Source of the DNA: an uncultured Actinomycetes bacterium
GTDB taxonomy: Bacteria; Actinomycetota; UBA4738; HRBIN12
Reading direction: 5' to 3'
Length of the DNA stretch: 64,000 nt
Assembly: GCA_963699635.1 (NCBI GenBank)
Contig: CAVOUQ010000016.1
Span: forward strand, 200,680-264,679
The notes below the pieces were generated by a model. That model saw only the letters and a program-made list of their open reading frames with translations, did no database searches and was not told where the DNA came from. The position numbers and the translations under genes are program-made. Numbering within the stretch: position 1 is the stretch's first letter; the number at the start of each line of letters is the position of its first letter. This document shows positions 61,465 through 64,000 of this stretch, one piece after another.

Positions 61465-62397
61465 TTACTCCGACCCGAAGAGGTTCCGAAGGTCCACGCG
61501 CTTGGCGCGGAAATCCTCGTCGAGCCGAACGGACCCCAGTCTAAGCGCCTTCGGGCCCGCTGCCACGGGCGAGATCAGGCGGAGCACCCCCTCGTCCGGG
61601 GCGTGCTCCAGGTAACCGAGCCCCGTGTACGAGCCCGCCCCGTCGGAGAGCCCGACCAGGATCCGGTGCAGGCTCGCGGAGTCGAACATCGGCGGGAGCG
61701 CCGGCATGAAGACCGTTGGCTTCACGCGGAATCGATGGAGCTCTCCGGAGAAGTACCGGCGCATCGCGCGCTCCCGGTTTTCGGCGCGCTGGTCGACGGT
61801 GGTTGGAACGACCCCCGGATGGACCCCCAGCGGGACGACCTCGGTCGCGAAGAACCGTTGGATCACCCCGAGCAAGGGAAGGAGCTCCTCGCCGCGCTGG
61901 AGCCCGATGACGAGGTCCGGCCGGAGCAGCTCCACCTTGTGGTACTTGAGGATCTGGCCGTAGACGCCCGACACGAGCCCGGACGTGTCGACGACCACGA
62001 AGTCGGCGCCGTCCTGGATCGCCCTGCGATGGAGCGTCGCGACGCCGGCAAGCACGGGCAGGAGATGTCCCTCCGGCGTCGTCGACCCGACGAAGGACAG
62101 GGCGTCGGCTTCGGCGAATCGATCCGGCTCCAGATCGGCGGCGGCGACCACCCGCTTCAGCGCGATCGTTGCCGGCGGGCCGACGGTCTTCTGTCCGACG
62201 TCGGCGTCGAGGTAGGCGGCGGGCCGGCCGGCGGTCACGGCGGCCGAGAGCAACGAACGCGACAGCGTGCTCTTGCCCGTATCCAGCCCGCCGACGAGGA
62301 CGATCGTGTGCTTGGTCCGCGCCGACTCGTCGACGAGCGCTTCGTACTCGTTCACGTCCGCCTCCGGTATGAATCGGCCCGGAGGCCCGTTTCGCAC
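61465..62397 (-). CDS. Clp1/Grc3/Nol9-family P-loop protein (putative polynucleotide 5-prime-kinase)
   Basis: 310 aa with P-loop VLVGGLDTGKSTLSRSL, followed by the YLDADVGQ motif characteristic of the Clp1_P domain, then VVDTSG. Confidence 0.7.
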   Translation of the reverse strand: MRNGPPGRFIPEADVNEYEALVDESARTKHTIVLVGGLDTGKSTLSRSLLSAAVTAGRPAAYLDADVGQKTVGPPATIALKRVVAAADLEPDRFAEADALSFVGSTTPEGHLLPVLAGVATLHRRAIQDGADFVVVDTSGLVSGVYGQILKYHKVELLRPDLVIGLQRGEELLPLLGVIQRFFATEVVPLGVHPGVVPTTVDQRAENRERAMRRYFSGELHRFRVKPTVFMPALPPMFDSASLHRILVGLSDGAGSYTGLGYLEHAPDEGVLRLISPVAAGPKALRLGSVRLDEDFRAKRVDLRNLFGSE

Positions 62398-62601
62398 GCG
62401 TGTGCGCGGTTCTGCGGCCTTACCGTGCCTTCGCGTCCCTCCGCCGGCGGGTCCGTACGGTCGTCTTGCTCGTCTCGGGATGGATGGATGTGGGCGCGAG
62501 CCCGTTCACGCGGTCGAACCGTGCCTCTGGGTCGGATGTGCGCTTCAACGTCCGCCCATCCTACCGAGCGGCGGTCCGGACGCGCTCCGCGCTCGAGTTG
62601 G

Positions 62602-63430
62602 CTAGGGCAGGCGGGCGGCGATCGCCTGGAAGCAGGGCCAGTAGTCCTGGGGCCGGACGTTGTCGTCCATCACGATCACCGCCTCGGTCCGTCCCTGCGC
62701 CCGCGCGACCAGAAGCGCGGGGTCGTTCACGTCCGCGATCGAGACGGTGTCGACCCCGCGCTCGATCGCCGCGCCCGCGAACCCGTGATCGGCGAAGACG
62801 AGGTCCGGCCGCTCCCGCTCGAGCATGCGAGCCATCGCGTCCCCGCTGTGCGTGTGTCGGGCACTCGCCGTGTCGGTGAGGAGCGCGAGGCCCTCCAGAT
62901 AGCGAATCTGCCACGGATGGTCCCGGTCGCCGTCCTCCCACCTGAGCCCGTCCGCGGGCGTAAGGAGCTCGACGCCTCGATCGTGCAGCTCCCGCCCAAC
63001 GGCGAGGTAGAGGTGCGCCAACCCCACCGGGTGACCGGTCGCGAGGATGACGCGCTCGCCGCGCCGGCTGGCCAAGGCCAGGCGATCGCCCACTCGCCCG
63101 GCAGGCGTCGAGGACGTGGTCCGGGTCGACCGGCACCGGACCGGTGCGGGCGAGCGGGTCCGGCTCGAACCCGGCCGCGTGGCCGACGAGCGCCAGGACC
63201 TCCGTCGGCGCCAGGGTCTGGAGGCCCGTCATCCCGAACTGCTTGTCCGGATCGCCGTCCAGGAGCAAACGGATGTTGCCGAGGACATTTTCGAGCGGGT
63301 GGGAGATCTGATCGCCGGCGATGCCCCCCTCGAGGAGGCCGATCACGAGCTCGTCGCGCTCGATCGGCCCGGGCGTCCAACGGTCGTCGATCGCCGGGAG
63401 CCGAGCGGCGTGGTATCGGATCGCGTCCAT
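62602..63430 (-). CDS. Conserved hypothetical protein (possible phosphoesterase), frameshift near 63085-63095
   Basis: MDAIRYHAARLP..PVDPDHVLDACR continues in the next frame as VGDRLALASRRGERVILATGHPVGLAHLY..ARHTHSGD..FADHGF... The function call is weak. Confidence 0.5.
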
Positions 63431-63473
63431 CGGGGCTCCCATCGTACGAGAGCGGCGACCGTAGGCTCTTGGA

Positions 63474-64000
63474 GTGGACCTTCGAGGCGCCGCCGTCGTG
63501 GTCACGGGAGCGTCGTCGGGCATCGGGGAGGCTTCGGCGAAGCGCTTCGCGAGGTCGGGCTCGCGCGTCGTGCTCGCGGCGCGGCGTCTCGAGCGACTCG
63601 AGGCGATCGCGGAGCTCGTCCGCTCTCGCGGGGGTATCGCCATCCCGGTTCGGTGCGACGTCACGGACGACGCGGACGTCGCGACGCTGGTCGAGCGGAC
63701 GCTGGCCGAGCTCGGGCGGTGCGACGTGCTCGTGAACAACGCAGGGATCCCCGGTGGCGGTCCGTTCCGCCAGCTCGGCGTGGAGCAGATCGACCGTGTC
63801 GTTGAGGTGAATCTCCTGAGCGTGCTGCATGTCACGAAGGCGTTCCTGCCATCCATGCTCGGGCGCGGGCGCGGTCACGTCGTCAACGTCGCCTCGCTCG
63901 CGGGGCGGTTCGCGACACCCGGCTCCTCGGTGTACGGGGCGACGAAGCACGCGGTCGTCGCGTTCGGCGAGTCCCTGTACCACGAGCTGAAGCCGCTCGG
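63474..64000 (+). CDS. Short-chain dehydrogenase/reductase (SDR), 3-prime end outside the window
   Basis: Hand translation from GTG 63474 gives VDLRGAAVVVTGASSGIGEA.., NNAG and YGATKHA (Y-x3-K). The frame is open to the window end. Confidence 0.85.
   Translation, partial: MDLRGAAVVVTGASSGIGEASAKRFARSGSRVVLAARRLERLEAIAELVRSRGGIAIPVRCDVTDDADVATLVERTLAELGRCDVLVNNAGIPGGGPFRQLGVEQIDRVVEVNLLSVLHVTKAFLPSMLGRGRGHVVNVASLAGRFATPGSSVYGATKHAVVAFGESLYHELKPL

Noticed and set aside
62398-62601. A riboswitch or known ncRNA in the 200-nt gap upstream of the Clp1-like gene.
   Set aside because: I could not match it to any riboswitch consensus I know (c-di-AMP/ydaO, SAM, TPP, cobalamin, 6C). It needs a covariance-model scan and is left as a note under the Clp1 finding.

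Overview
Very GC-rich, actinobacterium-like chromosomal segment with essentially no mobile or accessory content. It is dominated by an aerobic respiratory-chain super-locus.

Gene order, left to right:
- A patchy ~5.5 kb region with two gene remnants, a lipoprotein, DUF1269-like and TMEM175-family membrane proteins, DUF2252, a thrice-repeated intergenic motif and tRNA-Tyr(GTA).
- yajQ, then a class-III aminotransferase / PLP-decarboxylase / HAD trio.
- One long minus-strand array, listed in transcription order: a geranylgeranyl-reductase-family gene behind two consensus Rex operators, a complete 14-gene nuoA-N operon, a polyprenyl synthase, a second partial complex I operon (nuoABCHIJKLMN, with no D/E/F/G), and htpX.
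- A PPOX-family gene, a second polyprenyl synthase, and a fused ctaA-ctaB (heme A / heme O synthase).
- Minus-strand ccdA-resB-resC, caa3-type ctaCDEF, ctaG, a membrane-anchored tandem cupredoxin and tlpA.
- A plus-strand split cytochrome b6 / subunit IV - Rieske - cytochrome c operon carrying an extra 2x[4Fe-4S] ferredoxin and several small membrane proteins.
- rex, an ECF sigma / anti-sigma pair, a TIM-barrel isomerase, an S55 (SpoIVB-like) peptidase, an alpha/beta hydrolase, bS22, a Clp1-family P-loop kinase and an SDR.

Most interesting observations:
1. The NuoD-less second complex I operon.
2. A conserved 33-aa motif on Ala/Pro-rich tethers, found in both the NuoI tail of that operon and a bc-operon protein.
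3. The atypical bc operon composition.
4. A multi-site Rex regulon, including a 32-bp perfect palindrome over the rex start codon.
5. A bacterial Clp1-like kinase next to a phosphoesterase-like gene.

Caveat: about a dozen apparent 1-nt frameshifts interrupt otherwise coherent genes between ~37 kb and ~63 kb. I found none in the intact genes between ~3.8 and ~37 kb. I interpret this as sequence or assembly indel error rather than gene decay, and the affected gene models are marked.
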